Origin: Candidatus Binatia bacterium
GTDB taxonomy: Bacteria; Desulfobacterota; Binatia; UBA9968
Assembly (NCBI GenBank): GCA_036390135.1
Contig: DASWCL010000294.1
Location: forward strand, 11,711-75,710
Length of the DNA stretch: 64,000 bases
Reading direction: 5' to 3'
Below are positions 1-11,712 of this stretch, in pieces (the stretch's first letter is position 1; the number at the start of each line of letters is the position of its first letter). The notes beneath the pieces are model-generated. The model searched no databases, was not told the DNA's origin, and worked only from the letters and a program-made list of their open reading frames with translations. The translations under genes were made by a program, and so were the position numbers.

Positions 1-180
1 TTAAAAAAGCACTTCGAGAGACCTTTGAAGTTCTTGGATTCCGGGTCGAATTATGTTGCGAGTTTCTGGCCGAGGCTTATCAAGACGCGTTGCGGCGTTT
101 GGTAGTCGCGTTAAATTCGATCACAAATTCGCAACCGATGGCTCGTTGCGCAGCTCGGCGCATGCACCGCTGAACAGCGC

Positions 181-209
181 TTGACATAACGGTGGGTAGT
201 TTTTACTCT
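181..209 (+). promoter_or_regulatory. candidate sigma70 promoter for tRNA-Leu (TTGACA-N17-TACTCT)
   Basis: TTGACA at 181-186, 17-nt spacer, TACTCT at 204-209; tRNA starts about 50 nt downstream. Confidence 0.3.
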
Positions 210-258
210 GCAGTTCGAGTCGGCGGAACTTAAGAGTTTTTTGCTCAATTTTGGCTCG

Positions 259-341
259 GCGAGAGTGGCGGAACTGGCAGACGCACTAGACTTAGGATCT
301 AGCGGGCAACCGTGGGGGTTCGACTCCCCCCTCTCGCACCA
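259..341 (+). tRNA. tRNA-Leu (anticodon TAG), class II with long variable arm, CCA encoded
   Basis: Acceptor stem GCGAGAG/CTCTCGC, anticodon loop CTTAGGA, T-arm GGGGTTCGACTCCCC, terminal ACCA. Confidence 0.85.
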
Positions 342-481
342 TCTCATCCTAGCAAAAAGTTCGTGAATCACCTCGATAGAAAGGCTGGTTGTTAGAACAC
401 TGCTCATTTGCTCAATCGAATCACCGGTCACCCGACACACTGCTCAGATGGATCGATCAATGAACGTGTTCGCCGTCAGAA

Positions 482-1828
482 GTGACTATGAAAATCGACA
501 TCGATGAAATAAGTCCAGTGCAGCGCAAAGTCCGCGTCGAGCTTCCCGCCGAGACCGTCGCCGGCGAGTTTTCTCGCGCCTACAAAAATCTCAGCCAACG
601 GGTTCGCGTCAAGGGATTTCGCAGCGGTAAAATTCCACGCAGCGTGTTGCAAGGGCTCTATGGCGACGAGGTGAAAGGCGAAGTCAAGTCCCATCTCGTC
701 GAGGAGTCTTTGGATGGGATCGTCAAGGAGCGTGGCTTGCAGGTCGTTTCGCGCCCGGAAGTGGAAGCCAACGATCTTGATGAAGCGGCGCCGTTTTCTT
801 TCTCCGCGATTTTTGAAGTAAAGCCGGAATTTGAAGCCAAAGATTATCTTGGCATGGCGGTCGAGAAGGTAAGAATCTCGGTGATCGATGCTCAGGTCGA
901 AGAGGCGCTTCATCGGTTGCAGGAAGGTCACGCTCGTCTGGAGCCGGTCGAAGGCCGAGAGGTCGTCGAAAAGGGCGATTTTGTCACGCTCGACTTCGAA
1001 GGTACGATCGCCGGCAAGCCATTCTCCGGCGCCAAGGGTGAAAACTATACGCTTGAGGTCGGCTCAGGCCGAGCGCTACCGCAATTCGAGGATGCAATTG
1101 TCGGCCTCAAACTAGGTGAGCACCAAACCGTGGCGGTCAATTATCCTGAGAACTATCCGAACAAAGAGATCGCCGCTAAAAGCGTCGATTTTTCAATTGT
1201 CGTTCGTGAGATCAAGCAAAAAGTTTTGCCTGTGCTCGATGATGAGTTCGCCAAGGATCACGGCGAGTGCGCATCGCTCGACGAATTAAAAGGACGCATC
1301 CGGACGCGCTTAGGAGAAGAACTTGAGCACTATCAGAAAGAAGAGCTAAAAGAAAAAATCGTCAGCCGTTTGATTGAAACGCACTCATTCTCGATTCCGC
1401 CGTCGATGGTCGAGCGTCAAACCCGATACTTAATGGAGCGCTATCAAAATCAGAGCGCAGCGCAACGCGATCCCGATGCGACTGCACCGCCGCTAGAAGA
1501 AGTCAGAAAGACCCTTGAGGGTCGCGCCATGCGCCAAGTTCAAGCGACGCTGTTGGTGGAAAAGATCGCCGAGCTGGAAAAAATTGAAATCACCGATAAA
1601 GATGTTCAGGATCGAGTCGATAGCTTGGCGCGCGCGGCGGGTGATCGCGCGAAAACCCTGCGTGAAATCTATGCGCGATCGGAAGCGCGCGATGACTTGC
1701 GCGCGCAAATCGTATTCGATCGCACGGTTGGATTCTTATTGGAGCGTGCGCAGATCAAAGAAGTCGATCCGCCTATTTCTGTCGATCCGCTTGTTTCTAA
1801 GGTTGATGAGCAGGCTGAAAAAAGTTAG
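482..1828 (+). CDS. tig: trigger factor
   Basis: 448-aa ORF; PPIase/trigger-factor-like sequence; canonical position upstream of clpP-clpX-lon. Confidence 0.93.
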   Translation: MTMKIDIDEISPVQRKVRVELPAETVAGEFSRAYKNLSQRVRVKGFRSGKIPRSVLQGLYGDEVKGEVKSHLVEESLDGIVKERGLQVVSRPEVEANDLDEAAPFSFSAIFEVKPEFEAKDYLGMAVEKVRISVIDAQVEEALHRLQEGHARLEPVEGREVVEKGDFVTLDFEGTIAGKPFSGAKGENYTLEVGSGRALPQFEDAIVGLKLGEHQTVAVNYPENYPNKEIAAKSVDFSIVVREIKQKVLPVLDDEFAKDHGECASLDELKGRIRTRLGEELEHYQKEELKEKIVSRLIETHSFSIPPSMVERQTRYLMERYQNQSAAQRDPDATAPPLEEVRKTLEGRAMRQVQATLLVEKIAELEKIEITDKDVQDRVDSLARAAGDRAKTLREIYARSEARDDLRAQIVFDRTVGFLLERAQIKEVDPPISVDPLVSKVDEQAEKS

Positions 1829-1861
1829 AATACAGCTAGTGGTCAAGGGGTTTACCTACAT

Positions 1862-2464
1862 ATGAGTTTCATCCCCATCGTGGTCGAGCAAACCGGCCGT
1901 GGTGAACGAGCTTATGATATTTATTCGCGTCTCCTAAAAGATCGAATTGTCTTTCTCGGCTCCGTCGTGACCGACGAGGTCGCCAATGTGATTACCGCGC
2001 AGTTTCTCTTTCTAGAATCTGAAGATCCCGAGCGCGATATTTTCTTTTACATCAATAGTCCGGGCGGCTCGGTGACTGCAGGTTTAGCGATCTATGACAC
2101 GATGCAATATATCCGACCACAAATTTCAACTGTATGCGTCGGTCAAGCCGCTAGTATGGGCGCCGTTTTGCTGGCCGCCGGTACCAAAGCGAAGCGGTTC
2201 GCTCTGCCGCATTCTCGCATCATGATCCATCAGCCGCTCGGTGGTTTTCAGGGGCAGGCGGCCGACGTGGATATTCAAGCGCGTGAAATTCTCCGGATGC
2301 GCGAAGAATTGAATAATATATTGATGAAGCATACCGGGCAGAGCTTGAAGAAAATCGAGAAAGACACGGATCGCGATATGTTCATGACCGGCAAACAAGC
2401 GCAGGAGTATGGCTTGGTTGACGATGTGATGGCAATCCGACCTGAAGGTACGATAAAGAAGTAG
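1862..2464 (+). CDS. clpP: ATP-dependent Clp protease proteolytic subunit
   Basis: 200 aa; conserved ClpP core (GQAASMGA..., catalytic Ser/His region); follows tig. Confidence 0.95.
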   Translation: MSFIPIVVEQTGRGERAYDIYSRLLKDRIVFLGSVVTDEVANVITAQFLFLESEDPERDIFFYINSPGGSVTAGLAIYDTMQYIRPQISTVCVGQAASMGAVLLAAGTKAKRFALPHSRIMIHQPLGGFQGQAADVDIQAREILRMREELNNILMKHTGQSLKKIEKDTDRDMFMTGKQAQEYGLVDDVMAIRPEGTIKK

Positions 2465-2486
2465 CGGTGAGTTAACCGGGGGTTCT

Positions 2487-3740
2487 ATGGCAAAGCATGG
2501 TGAGCACGGATCGGGAAATCTTGTCTGCTCGTTCTGCGGAAAGAGCCAAGACGAGGTTCGTAAGCTAATTGCCGGTCCGACCGTTTACATCTGTGATGAG
2601 TGCATCGATCTATGCAACGACATCATTGCCGAGGAGGTCGATCACGATGAGAATATTAGTTCATCGTCGAACGTGCCGAAGCCGGTCGAAATCAAAAGAG
2701 TCCTTGACCAGTATGTGATCGGCCAGGAACGCGCTAAGAAAATTCTCGCGGTGGCGGTCCATAATCACTACAAGCGCATTGATAGCCAGTTGGTAACCGG
2801 CGACGTAGAGCTGCAAAAGAGTAATATATTGTTACTTGGGCCGACCGGTTCGGGCAAGACATTATTAGCGCAAACTTTGGCTCGATTCCTGCAAGTTCCT
2901 TTTACCATCGCCGATGCGACGAGCTTGACTGAGGCGGGCTACGTCGGTGAGGACGTAGAAAATATAATCCTAAACTTGCTTCAAGCGGCTGACTACGATG
3001 TTGAAAAAGCGCAACGGGGCATTGTCTACATAGACGAAATCGATAAAATTTCCCGTAAGTCGGATAACCCATCGATCACTCGGGACGTATCCGGCGAAGG
3101 GGTTCAGCAAGCGCTGTTGAAAATTATTGAAGGGACTATGGCGAGCGTGCCTCCGAAGGGTGGAAGAAAACATCCTCAACAAGAATTTCTCCAGGTTGAT
3201 ACTACCAATATTCTCTTTATCTGTGGCGGCGCCTTTGTTGGCTTAGATGACATCATCCGTAAACGCACAGGACGCAAACGAATGGGGTTTGGCGGCCAAC
3301 TGGAAGACAAGAACGGTCGTCGACCAACCGAGCTGTTGCACGACGTGCAGACCGAGGATCTATTAAAGTTTGGACTGATTCCGGAGTTCATCGGTCGCTT
3401 GCCAGTCATCGCAACGCTTGAAGAGTTGGATGAATCCGCTTTAGTGCGCATCCTAAAAGAACCCCGGAACGCTTTAACCAAACAGTACTCGAAGCTATTT
3501 GACATGGAGTCCGTGCACCTGAAGTTCACCGAAGAGGCGCTACGAGCCATCGCTCGTGACGCCACGAAGCGGAAATCTGGCGCGCGCGGACTACGAGCGA
3601 TCATGGAAAATATCATGTTGGATATCATGTACGACATGCCCTCCCAGCCGAATATCAAAGAAGTCGTCGTCTCGGAGGACGTCGTGGAAAAACATGAACC
3701 TCCGATTGTGGTATACACCAAGGCTGCAGAGAGCGCTTAG
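2487..3740 (+). CDS. clpX: ATP-dependent Clp protease ATP-binding subunit ClpX
   Basis: 417 aa; N-terminal C4 zinc-binding domain (CSFCGK...CDEC), Walker A GPTGSGKT. Confidence 0.95.
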   Translation: MAKHGEHGSGNLVCSFCGKSQDEVRKLIAGPTVYICDECIDLCNDIIAEEVDHDENISSSSNVPKPVEIKRVLDQYVIGQERAKKILAVAVHNHYKRIDSQLVTGDVELQKSNILLLGPTGSGKTLLAQTLARFLQVPFTIADATSLTEAGYVGEDVENIILNLLQAADYDVEKAQRGIVYIDEIDKISRKSDNPSITRDVSGEGVQQALLKIIEGTMASVPPKGGRKHPQQEFLQVDTTNILFICGGAFVGLDDIIRKRTGRKRMGFGGQLEDKNGRRPTELLHDVQTEDLLKFGLIPEFIGRLPVIATLEELDESALVRILKEPRNALTKQYSKLFDMESVHLKFTEEALRAIARDATKRKSGARGLRAIMENIMLDIMYDMPSQPNIKEVVVSEDVVEKHEPPIVVYTKAAESA

Positions 3741-3751
3741 GAGGGACCGTA

Positions 3752-6223
3752 ATGCTATTTAGAAACGATAAAGATAAAAAGGATGACAGAGAACAACCCG
3801 GGGGCCCAGCCCGGGTGCCCCTACTTCCGCTTAGGGACATCATTGTTTTTCCGCACATGGTTGTTCCGCTATTTGTTGGCCGCCAGCGGTCCATCAAGGC
3901 CTTGGAAGAAGCCACTCAAAAGCAGAGCCTGATCTTTCTTTCGTCACAGAAGGATGCAAAGACCAACGATCCGACTGAAGAAGATATCTACAAAATCGGA
4001 ACCTTGGGCTCGGTCGTTCAGATGCTCAAGCTACCCGACGGCACCGTGAAGGTTCTAATTGAAGGTAAAAGACGTGCGCGGGTGGCGCAATTTATATCAA
4101 ATCCGGAGTTTTTTCTAGTCGATGTCGAAGACGCCCCCGAACTTGTCGAACGAAACACGGAGATCGAAGCGCTAGTGCGCGAAGTTCACACCACGTTCGA
4201 AAATTATGTCAAGCTTAAGAAAAAGATTCCTCCTGAGATGGTTATGTCAGTATCGTCCATTGATGAGCCGGGACGGTTGGCGGACACGATCGTAGCGCAT
4301 CTGGGGATTAAGCTTGAAGACCGTCAGAACCTGCTCGAGACGGTAAATGCGGCTGAGCGTTTGGAAAAGGTGCTCGGTCATATGCGCGCGGAGATTGAAA
4401 TTCTCGAGGTTGAACGACGCATACGTTCGCGCGTCAAAAAACAGATGGAGCGCTCGCAGAAGGAATACTATTTGAACGAGCAAATGCGGGCGATTCAGAA
4501 AGAACTCGGGGAGAAAGACGAGTTTAAGAATGAAATTCAGGAAATCGAAGAAAAATTGAAACAGAAAAAGCTTTCCGCTGAGGCCAAGGATAAGGTTGAG
4601 AAAGAGCTAAAAAAGCTCAAGATGATGTCGCCCATGTCGGCGGAAGCCACCGTGGTACGCAACTACATCGACTGGATCGTTAGCCTGCCGTGGAATGAGT
4701 TTACCGATGACAAGCTCGATATAAATGAAGCTGAGCGTGTCCTCGAAGATGATCACTATGGTCTGGAAAAGGTCAAAGAGCGGATCTTGGAATACCTGGC
4801 CGTTCAAAGCTTGGTGGGCAAAATAAAGGGCCCGATTCTCTGTTTGGTGGGTCCGCCAGGGGTCGGCAAGACTTCGCTGGGTCGATCGATTGCGCGGGCG
4901 ACTGGACGGAAGTTTGTTAGAGTTTCGCTTGGAGGTGTACGTGACGAGGCCGAAATCCGCGGCCACCGGCGCACTTACATCGGCGCGTTACCGGGAAAAA
5001 TCATTCAGTCGATGAAAAAAGCGGGTTCGAGCAACCCGGTGTTTCTAATGGACGAGATCGACAAGATGTCGACCGATTTTCGCGGCGATCCATCCTCCGC
5101 TCTCCTCGAAGTTTTGGACCCGGAGCAAAACACCTCCTTTAACGATCATTATCTTGATCTTGACTACGATCTATCGAAGGTCATGTTCATTACCACGGCC
5201 AATACGCTGGATCGAATTCCCCGCCCGTTGCAAGATCGAATGGAAATCATCCGGATTGCAGGTTACACCGAGCTCGAAAAGCTCAGCATTGCGAAAAAAT
5301 ATCTTGTCGAGAAGCAGAAAGAGTCGAACGGGCTCACGGCGGAAAATCTGGCTTTTACCGATAATGCGATTCTCGGTGTCATTCGGCATTACACAAAGGA
5401 GGCAGGGGTTCGCAATCTAGAGCGAGAACTCGCTTCGATTTGTCGTAAGGTTGCCGTGGAAGTCGTGCGCAAGGATCGTAACGCCCACATGCAGGTCGGC
5501 TCGAAGAGCCTGCATAAGTATCTCGGCGCGATTAAGTTTCGCTACGGGAAAGCGGAGAATGAAGTTAAAATCGGCGTTACCACAGGTTTGGCTTGGACTG
5601 AGTTGGGGGGTGAGCTTTTAGCCACTGAAGTAACAATCATGCCGGGCAAAGGGCAGTTGATCATCACCGGAAAACTAGGCGACGTGATGCAAGAGTCGGC
5701 ACAAGCGGCGATGAGCTATGTTCGTTCTCGGGGCGCTGAGTTAGGTCTGGAAAAGGATTTTTATCAGAAGCTAGACGTGCATATCCACGTGCCAGAGGGC
5801 GCCATCCCGAAAGACGGCCCATCTGCGGGAATCACAATGGCGACGTCGCTGGTTTCGGCACTGATGAAAATTCCCGTTCATAATGATTTAGCAATGACAG
5901 GCGAGATTACTCTGAGAGGAACGGTGCTGCCTATCGGTGGGCTGAAGGAAAAGATTTTGGCCGCGCACCGCGCCGGCATAAAGAAAGTCTTGATTCCGGC
6001 GGAGAACGAAAAGGATATCGAGGAAATCCCAGCCACGGTTCTCAAGACGGTTGAGTTGGAATTAGTGTCCCATATGGATCAGGTTCTGAAAAAAGCTCTG
6101 GTCATCGATGATCCAGATCGTCTATTCAGAAATCCGTCTGTCGACACTCAATCTAAAGATGAACCTCCTCCTTACGCGGAGAAGGTTGATGACGTTCCCG
6201 CTCCTGAAATTTTGCCACAGTGA
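3752..6223 (+). CDS. lon: Lon protease
   Basis: 823 aa; Lon N-domain, AAA+ (GPPGVGKTS), C-terminal protease domain with PKDGPSAG serine motif. Confidence 0.95.
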   Translation: MLFRNDKDKKDDREQPGGPARVPLLPLRDIIVFPHMVVPLFVGRQRSIKALEEATQKQSLIFLSSQKDAKTNDPTEEDIYKIGTLGSVVQMLKLPDGTVKVLIEGKRRARVAQFISNPEFFLVDVEDAPELVERNTEIEALVREVHTTFENYVKLKKKIPPEMVMSVSSIDEPGRLADTIVAHLGIKLEDRQNLLETVNAAERLEKVLGHMRAEIEILEVERRIRSRVKKQMERSQKEYYLNEQMRAIQKELGEKDEFKNEIQEIEEKLKQKKLSAEAKDKVEKELKKLKMMSPMSAEATVVRNYIDWIVSLPWNEFTDDKLDINEAERVLEDDHYGLEKVKERILEYLAVQSLVGKIKGPILCLVGPPGVGKTSLGRSIARATGRKFVRVSLGGVRDEAEIRGHRRTYIGALPGKIIQSMKKAGSSNPVFLMDEIDKMSTDFRGDPSSALLEVLDPEQNTSFNDHYLDLDYDLSKVMFITTANTLDRIPRPLQDRMEIIRIAGYTELEKLSIAKKYLVEKQKESNGLTAENLAFTDNAILGVIRHYTKEAGVRNLERELASICRKVAVEVVRKDRNAHMQVGSKSLHKYLGAIKFRYGKAENEVKIGVTTGLAWTELGGELLATEVTIMPGKGQLIITGKLGDVMQESAQAAMSYVRSRGAELGLEKDFYQKLDVHIHVPEGAIPKDGPSAGITMATSLVSALMKIPVHNDLAMTGEITLRGTVLPIGGLKEKILAAHRAGIKKVLIPAENEKDIEEIPATVLKTVELELVSHMDQVLKKALVIDDPDRLFRNPSVDTQSKDEPPPYAEKVDDVPAPEILPQ

Positions 6224-6238
6224 ACTCCTGAATTCGGC

Positions 6239-6276
6239 GCAGCAATGCCGGGTGGTTTGACACCCGGCATTGCTGC
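6239..6276 (+). terminator. perfect 16-bp inverted repeat hairpin after lon stop (terminator-like, weak U-tract)
   Basis: GCAGCAATGCCGGGTG-gtttga-CACCCGGCATTGCTGC directly after lon TGA; followed by tgttataaaat rather than a clean T-run. Confidence 0.45.
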
Positions 6277-6374
6277 TGTTATAAAATCGCATTGCTCGCT
6301 GGCCAAACGGTAGCCGATGCAGAGCGTTTTGTTGTGAATGTTGAAAATTTTTTCTTTTGCAGAAGTTTATCTCC

Positions 6375-6394
6375 AGGCAATTTCGGGCAATTGC
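6375..6394. promoter_or_regulatory. GGCAATT direct/inverted repeat (GGCAATTtcgGGCAATTGCC), possible regulator site upstream of tRNA promoter
   Basis: Palindromic GGCAATT...AATTGCC with internal direct repeat, in lon-tRNA spacer. Confidence 0.2.
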
Positions 6395-6429
6395 CACAAC
6401 GAGAAGTTTCCGGGACTGGCGACGCGTGA

Positions 6430-6458
6430 TTGAGCCGCGTCATGTTAAATATATAAAT
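6430..6458 (+). promoter_or_regulatory. candidate sigma70 promoter (TTGAGC-N17-ATAAAT) for tRNA-Val/tRNA-Asp/rplM/rpsI
   Basis: -35/-10 hexamers with 17-nt spacer about 35 nt upstream of tRNA-Val. Confidence 0.4.
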
Positions 6459-6491
6459 CCTCGGCTCCTCAAGGGCGGATGTTATACGGAA

Positions 6492-6566
6492 GGGCGGTTA
6501 GCTCAGCGGGAGAGCATCGGCCTTACAAGCCGGGGGTCACAGGTTCAAATCCTGTACCGCCCACCA
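6492..6566 (+). tRNA. tRNA-Val (anticodon TAC), CCA encoded
   Basis: Acceptor GGGCGGT/ACCGCCC, anticodon loop CTTACAA, T-loop TTCAAAT. Confidence 0.85.
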
Positions 6567-6597
6567 CAGGGTGCGGTTAGTATGACAAGTTGATATC

Positions 6598-6674
<77 letters not shown>

Positions 6675-6726
6675 TTACCGCTCCTGGACACGGTGTAAGA
6701 GAATTGATTCGCTGGAGTTTGAGTTA

Positions 6727-7152
6727 ATGAAAAAGGAAGAAGCACTGTCGCAGCGGCGCTGGTACGTGATCGATGCTCAGGGAAAAGTTCTCGGGCGGAT
6801 GGCGACGGAAATTGCAAAGGTTCTGCGCGGCAAACACAAACCGACGTTTACACCCAACCAGGATACCGGTGACTTTGTAATCGTTGTCAACGCCCGAAGC
6901 GTGAAGCTTACGGGCACAAAACTAGAGCAGAAAGTTTATTTTCGGCACACCGAATATCCGGGGGGCATTCGCGAAAGAACGGCGGCACAAATGCTCGAAA
7001 AGAAACCTGAAGACCTGATTAGGCTTGCGGTAAAAGGAATGCTGCCAAAGAACCGGTTGAGTCGGAAATTGGTGACCAAACTTAAGGTTTATGCCGGTCC
7101 GGAGCACCCCCACGACGCGCAAAAGCCACAACCTCTGGCTCTCGCATCCTAG
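6727..7152 (+). CDS. rplM: 50S ribosomal protein L13
   Basis: Internal ATG of the 6613 ORF, which itself begins inside tRNA-Asp; [17 protein letters not shown]... matches L13. Confidence 0.9.
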   Translation: MKKEEALSQRRWYVIDAQGKVLGRMATEIAKVLRGKHKPTFTPNQDTGDFVIVVNARSVKLTGTKLEQKVYFRHTEYPGGIRERTAAQMLEKKPEDLIRLAVKGMLPKNRLSRKLVTKLKVYAGPEHPHDAQKPQPLALAS

Positions 7153-7164
7153 GAGTAATAATCG

Positions 7165-7557
7165 ATGGCGGAAAAAGTTTTTACAGCGACCGGGCGCAGA
7201 AAAACCTCCGTTGCGCGAGTTTTTCTCAAAGCAGGCAAAGGTAAAATCACGATCAATGAGAGGTCGTTACAAGAGTATTTCGGCCGGGAAACTGCTCGCA
7301 TGGTCGTGCTCCAACCCTTCGACGTGACACAAACCGGCGAAAGCTTCGATATCGACGTGAACGTTGTCGGGGGTGGAAATTCGGGGCAGGCGGGTGCCAT
7401 TCGCCACGGGATCACTCGTGCCTTGATGCAAGTCAACCCCGATCTTCGCGCGCCGCTAAAAAAAGCCGGGTTTGTAACCCGCGATCCGCGGGCGGTCGAA
7501 CGCAAAAAATACGGGCGCCACAAGGCACGAAAACGGCCGCAGTACTCCAAGCGTTAA
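7165..7557 (+). CDS. rpsI: 30S ribosomal protein S9
   Basis: 130 aa ending ...[11 protein letters not shown], a typical S9 C-terminus. Confidence 0.95.
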   Translation: MAEKVFTATGRRKTSVARVFLKAGKGKITINERSLQEYFGRETARMVVLQPFDVTQTGESFDIDVNVVGGGNSGQAGAIRHGITRALMQVNPDLRAPLKKAGFVTRDPRAVERKKYGRHKARKRPQYSKR

Positions 7558-7749
7558 GACGCCGCCGCAACTCCTTTTGCAAACTCGAGTTTTCTCGCCA
7601 AGTACCTGCTGATCGCCAAGGCCGGTGCGCTGATGATCAAGCAGCAGCGCCTCCTACTTGATGTTTTTGCAGTCGAATCATTTTCGATTGCGAGAAGTTG
7701 AACTGCCGCGCATTATGCGTCGTTTACCGCGCAATCTGTGCTCCGATGG

Positions 7750-8859
7750 TCATTCTTCCGCCGTGAAAAAGAACAAGCCGATCATGGCAAAAATGCCGTT
7801 CGGGATCCACGCCGATATGAGCGACGGTATCGCGCCGCTATGGCCGAGCGATAGACAAAAGGCGGTCAAGACCCAGTACCCGAAGCCGATAACCATGGCG
7901 ATGCCGAAACTCAGTGACAGGCTCCCACTCATCTGTCGCTTGAGCGCGAATGGAATCGCGAGCAAAACCATTAACGGGGAGACGAATGGGAGAGCGAGTT
8001 TGGTTTGGAGATCGACTTCATAATAGGCGGTATCAATGCCTTTGCTTTTCATATCGGCAATCTGTTTCTGTAGGTCGAAATAAGTAAATTCTTCGGCGTC
8101 GCGGGCCAGTAGCTTGAGGTCTTCCGGCGTTTCAGAGATCGGCAGGACCGGTGAGGTTTCCCGCCGAACCAGTTTTCCATCTGGCAATAAACTCCATTCT
8201 GTTGCTTCAACGATCTTCCAACCACTTGGGGTCCATTGAGCTTTCGGAATTTCCACAAGCCCGCGCAGACTGAAATCGCGGTTAAGCAGAAAAACGGTGA
8301 CCTTCTCGAGCGTGCTCGTTCGAACGTCAAAATTGTCCACGTTGATAAAGCTGCTTTCCCCGCGAATCCAAATATCGTGAGTTCCCAAAAGACTCTGTTG
8401 CTGTTTATTCTTGATTTCCGTCGTGTAAATGCTCTGCGCGTTATGCGCGAAAACGGGCACCAGGGTTTCGTTCCAAATGAAAGTGAGGGCGCAGATGATG
8501 ACCGAGAGGATCAATAGCGGTAAGGCAATCCTCTGCACGGTGATGCCGCCGGCGCGGATCGCGGTGATTTCGTGGGATCGGGCTAATGTTCCGAGAGCTA
8601 GAAGGGTCGAGAAAAGAGTCGCGAATCCAATCACGCGGGAGATCAAAAGGGGCGCCTTGTAAAAAAAATAGCGCACAACTGTCGAGATCGACGCTCCGGC
8701 GTCAAGCAGTGTTCCGATGCGCTCAAAAAAATCCACCGTGACGTAGAGCAACGTGATCACTGTCAAGCTGATGAAAAAAATTCGGACGAAACCGGCCGCT
8801 ACATAGCGGTCTAGAATTCCCGCAACAGGAAGAAATTTAAATGGGATTCTATTTACCAT
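7750..8859 (-). CDS. lptG: LPS export ABC permease LptG (YjgP/YjgQ family)
   Basis: 369 aa, multi-TM with periplasmic beta-jellyroll region; adjacent to lptF. Confidence 0.8.
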   Translation of the reverse strand: MVNRIPFKFLPVAGILDRYVAAGFVRIFFISLTVITLLYVTVDFFERIGTLLDAGASISTVVRYFFYKAPLLISRVIGFATLFSTLLALGTLARSHEITAIRAGGITVQRIALPLLILSVIICALTFIWNETLVPVFAHNAQSIYTTEIKNKQQQSLLGTHDIWIRGESSFINVDNFDVRTSTLEKVTVFLLNRDFSLRGLVEIPKAQWTPSGWKIVEATEWSLLPDGKLVRRETSPVLPISETPEDLKLLARDAEEFTYFDLQKQIADMKSKGIDTAYYEVDLQTKLALPFVSPLMVLLAIPFALKRQMSGSLSLSFGIAMVIGFGYWVLTAFCLSLGHSGAIPSLISAWIPNGIFAMIGLFFFTAEE

Positions 8860-8867
8860 GCTGGCTC

Positions 8868-10127
8868 TCAGTTAGGATTTCTCTTGAGACCGCGCCAAAA
8901 CCAACCTGCCGACGCAGCGGCACGCTCGAGCGCTTTTGGCAGTGATAGCGGCGATTCGCGCAGCGCATGCTTGAAGAAATGCGCTCCGATCCCGCCCACG
9001 ACGACGTTGGGCAGCCAGAGCGCCGGTATGGGGTGGAGAATACTTTTGTCACCAAGTGCCTTGCCGAGTGACAGCAAAGAATAATAAGTCATTAGCCAGA
9101 AAAGGCAGAGCGTGAACCCCCATGATCTATTAGTTCGCGCAGTACGGGGGATGAGAGCTAACGATACACCGAGCAGGCAAAACAAAAGGGGCACGAAACC
9201 GAATGAGACCCTCTGTTGCAACTCCATTCTTTCGGCGATGGTTTTAGTTCCGTGACTCTGCTTCGCCGCGATGGTAGAAAGCAGCTCCGACAACATCATT
9301 TCTTTGGGACCCGATTCTTTCTGCTGAACGGGGCCAATGAGATCATCAAGATCGAGTTTGAAATCGTAAATATTAAATCGAGTTTGACTAAATCCGGGCC
9401 GGTTCGTTTCGCGTTCGTAAATCGTCCCATCGAAAAGCCGGAGTCCCAAGCTATTCGTTTCTTCGTCGGTCGAAATCCGCGCGACTTTCCCTAGAATAAC
9501 ATCTTCCCGCACTTTGTCCCGTCGATCGACGATTAACACTCCCTGAGCCGTATTTCCTGGGGGAACGATTTCCTCTACGTAAATTAAGATTTTGGGAAAG
9601 TCATCGTTGAATACTTTTTCCTTGAGCGCGGTCCCGACCCGGGTTTTGGCGATGTTGTAAAGTTCCTTTTTTAGTGCAAAGTTCGCGGCCGGGCGGACAA
9701 ACATCGTCAATGATAGAGTTGCTATCGCGATCGCCAACGCGAGTGCAGCGACAGGCCAAAGTATCTGCGTCGGGCTGACTCCCGACGCTTTCATCGCCAG
9801 GAGTTCTTGGTCGTTGGACATTCGACCTAGTCCCAAGAGTATCGCCAGTAGAAAAGCCATCGGCACGGTCATCTCCAGAAAAGTCGGGAGAATCAACGAG
9901 AAGAGTTTGCCGATCTGCAACAGCGGGACGCCGCGGGTGACAACCAATTCGATGAGCTTCAGCATGCGGCCGATCAACAAAACCGAAGTGAAAGCTAACA
10001 GTCCAAGTAAAAAGGGCGGGACAACTTCGGAAATGAGATAACGGAAAAGGATCTTTCGCTTCACGTAGCGGCATGTTAACCGGTGATTCATGTTTTGTAA
10101 AATCCTCTCGTGAAAAAACAACGTCAA
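8868..10127 (-). CDS. lptF: LPS export ABC permease LptF (YjgP/YjgQ family); start uncertain (alternative Met about 36 nt downstream)
   Basis: 419 aa, YjgP/YjgQ permease topology; forms lptF-lptG pair. Confidence 0.78.
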   Translation of the reverse strand: MTLFFHERILQNMNHRLTCRYVKRKILFRYLISEVVPPFLLGLLAFTSVLLIGRMLKLIELVVTRGVPLLQIGKLFSLILPTFLEMTVPMAFLLAILLGLGRMSNDQELLAMKASGVSPTQILWPVAALALAIAIATLSLTMFVRPAANFALKKELYNIAKTRVGTALKEKVFNDDFPKILIYVEEIVPPGNTAQGVLIVDRRDKVREDVILGKVARISTDEETNSLGLRLFDGTIYERETNRPGFSQTRFNIYDFKLDLDDLIGPVQQKESGPKEMMLSELLSTIAAKQSHGTKTIAERMELQQRVSFGFVPLLFCLLGVSLALIPRTARTNRSWGFTLCLFWLMTYYSLLSLGKALGDKSILHPIPALWLPNVVVGGIGAHFFKHALRESPLSLPKALERAAASAGWFWRGLKRNPN

Positions 10128-10130
10128 CCG

Positions 10131-10895
10131 ATGTCGGATAACGAAAACTCGGTCTTCGGCGTAAATCCGGTTCTGGAAAAACTCCGCGCTTCCGCCAAAG
10201 ATATTTTGGAAATTTTAATTTCCGAGTCATCCGATCGCGGCGCATTACGTCAGATTAGCCAGGAAGCGGCGCGCCTTAAGCTGCGCGTCACCGCAGTGCC
10301 GCGCGCGGTTCTCGATCGGCTGGCGGGCGGTCAAAGGCACCAGGGAGTAGTGGCAAAAATTGAAGCGTATCGCTACTTGCCGTTTGAGGCGTTGCTGGAA
10401 AAGATATCCGGGTCTTTGAATTCGGAGTGGATCTTGATCCTCGATAGTTTAACCGATCCGCGGAACTTCGGCGCGCTGTTGCGAGCTGCGGAAGCGGTTG
10501 GGATTCGGTACATCATCATTCCCAAAGATCGGTCCGTACAGGTGACCCCGTTGGTGGTGAAAGCTTCCGCAGGCGCCGTTTACCATGTAAACGTTATCAA
10601 AGCGACTAATCTCAGACGGGTGATTTTGGAGCTTAAGAGGCGTGGATTTTGGATAGTGGGTCTAAACGAGGCAAGTCAGGAGTGCGTGTATGACAAAACG
10701 TTTCCATCACGGCTCGCGATAATCTTAGGAAGTGAAGGCAAGGGGGTTCGCCCGGTTAATTTACAGGAGTGTGACTTTTTGGTTTCGATTCCAATGCTTG
10801 GTAAGGTCGAATCTCTTAACGTGGCGGTGGCTGGAGCAGTGTTTCTATACGAGCTTTTCCGCCAGAAACGAAATCTCGACCACCAATCGACCTAG
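10131..10895 (+). CDS. rlmB: TrmH-family RNA 2'-O-methyltransferase (RlmB-like, 23S rRNA Gm2251 type)
   Basis: N-terminal L30e-like domain plus SpoU methylase motifs (GLNEASQ..., IILGSEGKGVR, SLNVAVAGAV); start taken at MSDNEN to avoid overlap with divergent lptF. Confidence 0.8.
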   Translation: MSDNENSVFGVNPVLEKLRASAKDILEILISESSDRGALRQISQEAARLKLRVTAVPRAVLDRLAGGQRHQGVVAKIEAYRYLPFEALLEKISGSLNSEWILILDSLTDPRNFGALLRAAEAVGIRYIIIPKDRSVQVTPLVVKASAGAVYHVNVIKATNLRRVILELKRRGFWIVGLNEASQECVYDKTFPSRLAIILGSEGKGVRPVNLQECDFLVSIPMLGKVESLNVAVAGAVFLYELFRQKRNLDHQST

Positions 10896-11148
10896 TGAGA
10901 GACGAAGAACAGGGTAGATTGTGAGAATTTTTGCGATTTAACACCACGGCTGTTGACATGGTTCGCTGAAGGTGCTTTAAATACCTGTTTACAAAAGGGG
11001 AATATGCCCTGAGGCCTCGTCTCGCCTTAGGGTGTACGGCGTTCGTGCTGATAGTTCGGTGAACAACCAAAATATTCCATTCAGTTGCCGTCCTGACGGT
11101 TGATTTTGGCTATCTGCGCTGGCGCTTTATTGCGTTGATAAAAGCTAA

Positions 11149-11223
11149 GCTGGCGTAGCTCAACGGTAGAGCAGCTGATTTGTAATCAGCAGGTTGTAGG
11201 TTCAAGTCCTATCGCCAGCTCCA
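11149..11223 (+). tRNA. tRNA-Thr (anticodon TGT), CCA encoded
   Basis: Acceptor GCTGGCG/CGCCAGC, anticodon stem GCTGA/TCAGC, loop TTTGTAA. Confidence 0.85.
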
Positions 11224-11302
11224 GCCAGGAAATCTGGAGCTTTGATACAACCTGTACTACATTCGCTATTAAAAGGTTCAAACTGGGGTGAAGGGAAATA
11301 AG

Positions 11303-11388
<86 letters not shown>

Positions 11389-11398
11389 GATATCGTAT

Positions 11399-11474
11399 GC
11401 GGGAATAGCTCAGTTGGTAGAGCGCAAGCCTTCCAAGCTTGGGGTCGCGGGTTCGAGTCCCGTTTCCCGCTCCA
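11399..11474 (+). tRNA. tRNA-Gly (anticodon TCC), CCA encoded
   Basis: Acceptor GCGGGAA/TTCCCGC, anticodon loop CTTCCAA. Confidence 0.85.
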
Positions 11475-11559
11475 TTTGTCTTTTTGTTGATTGTGAGTAC
11501 GCGGCCAGAGCTGCCGTTCCCAGCAAGAGAAATGAATTCTGTAAGCCGTCGAATGATAT

Positions 11560-11632
11560 GCCCAGGTAGCTCAGTCGGTAGAGCACGTCCTTGGTAAGGA
11601 CGAGGTCGGCGGTTCGATCCCGCTCCTGGGCT
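11560..11632 (+). tRNA. tRNA-Thr (anticodon GGT), CCA not encoded
   Basis: Acceptor GCCCAGG/CCTGGGC, anticodon loop TTGGTAA; classic thrU-tyrU-glyT-thrT-tuf arrangement. Confidence 0.85.
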
Positions 11633-11712
11633 TAGCCCAGACCTTGAAAATTGCGGGTTAAGATTTTTAGATTTTGCGAAATGAATCACTGGAAAATCAC
11701 TAGGAGGATGAG

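Noticed and set aside
111-440. 109-aa minus-strand ORF at the window start
   Set aside because: Overlaps the tRNA-Leu gene and its promoter region, and has no homology.
10110-10127. 18-nt head-to-head overlap of the lptF and rlmB ORF-track starts
   Set aside because: Both ORFs have plausible downstream start codons (MNHRL for lptF, MSDNEN for rlmB). The overlap is an ORF-caller artefact.
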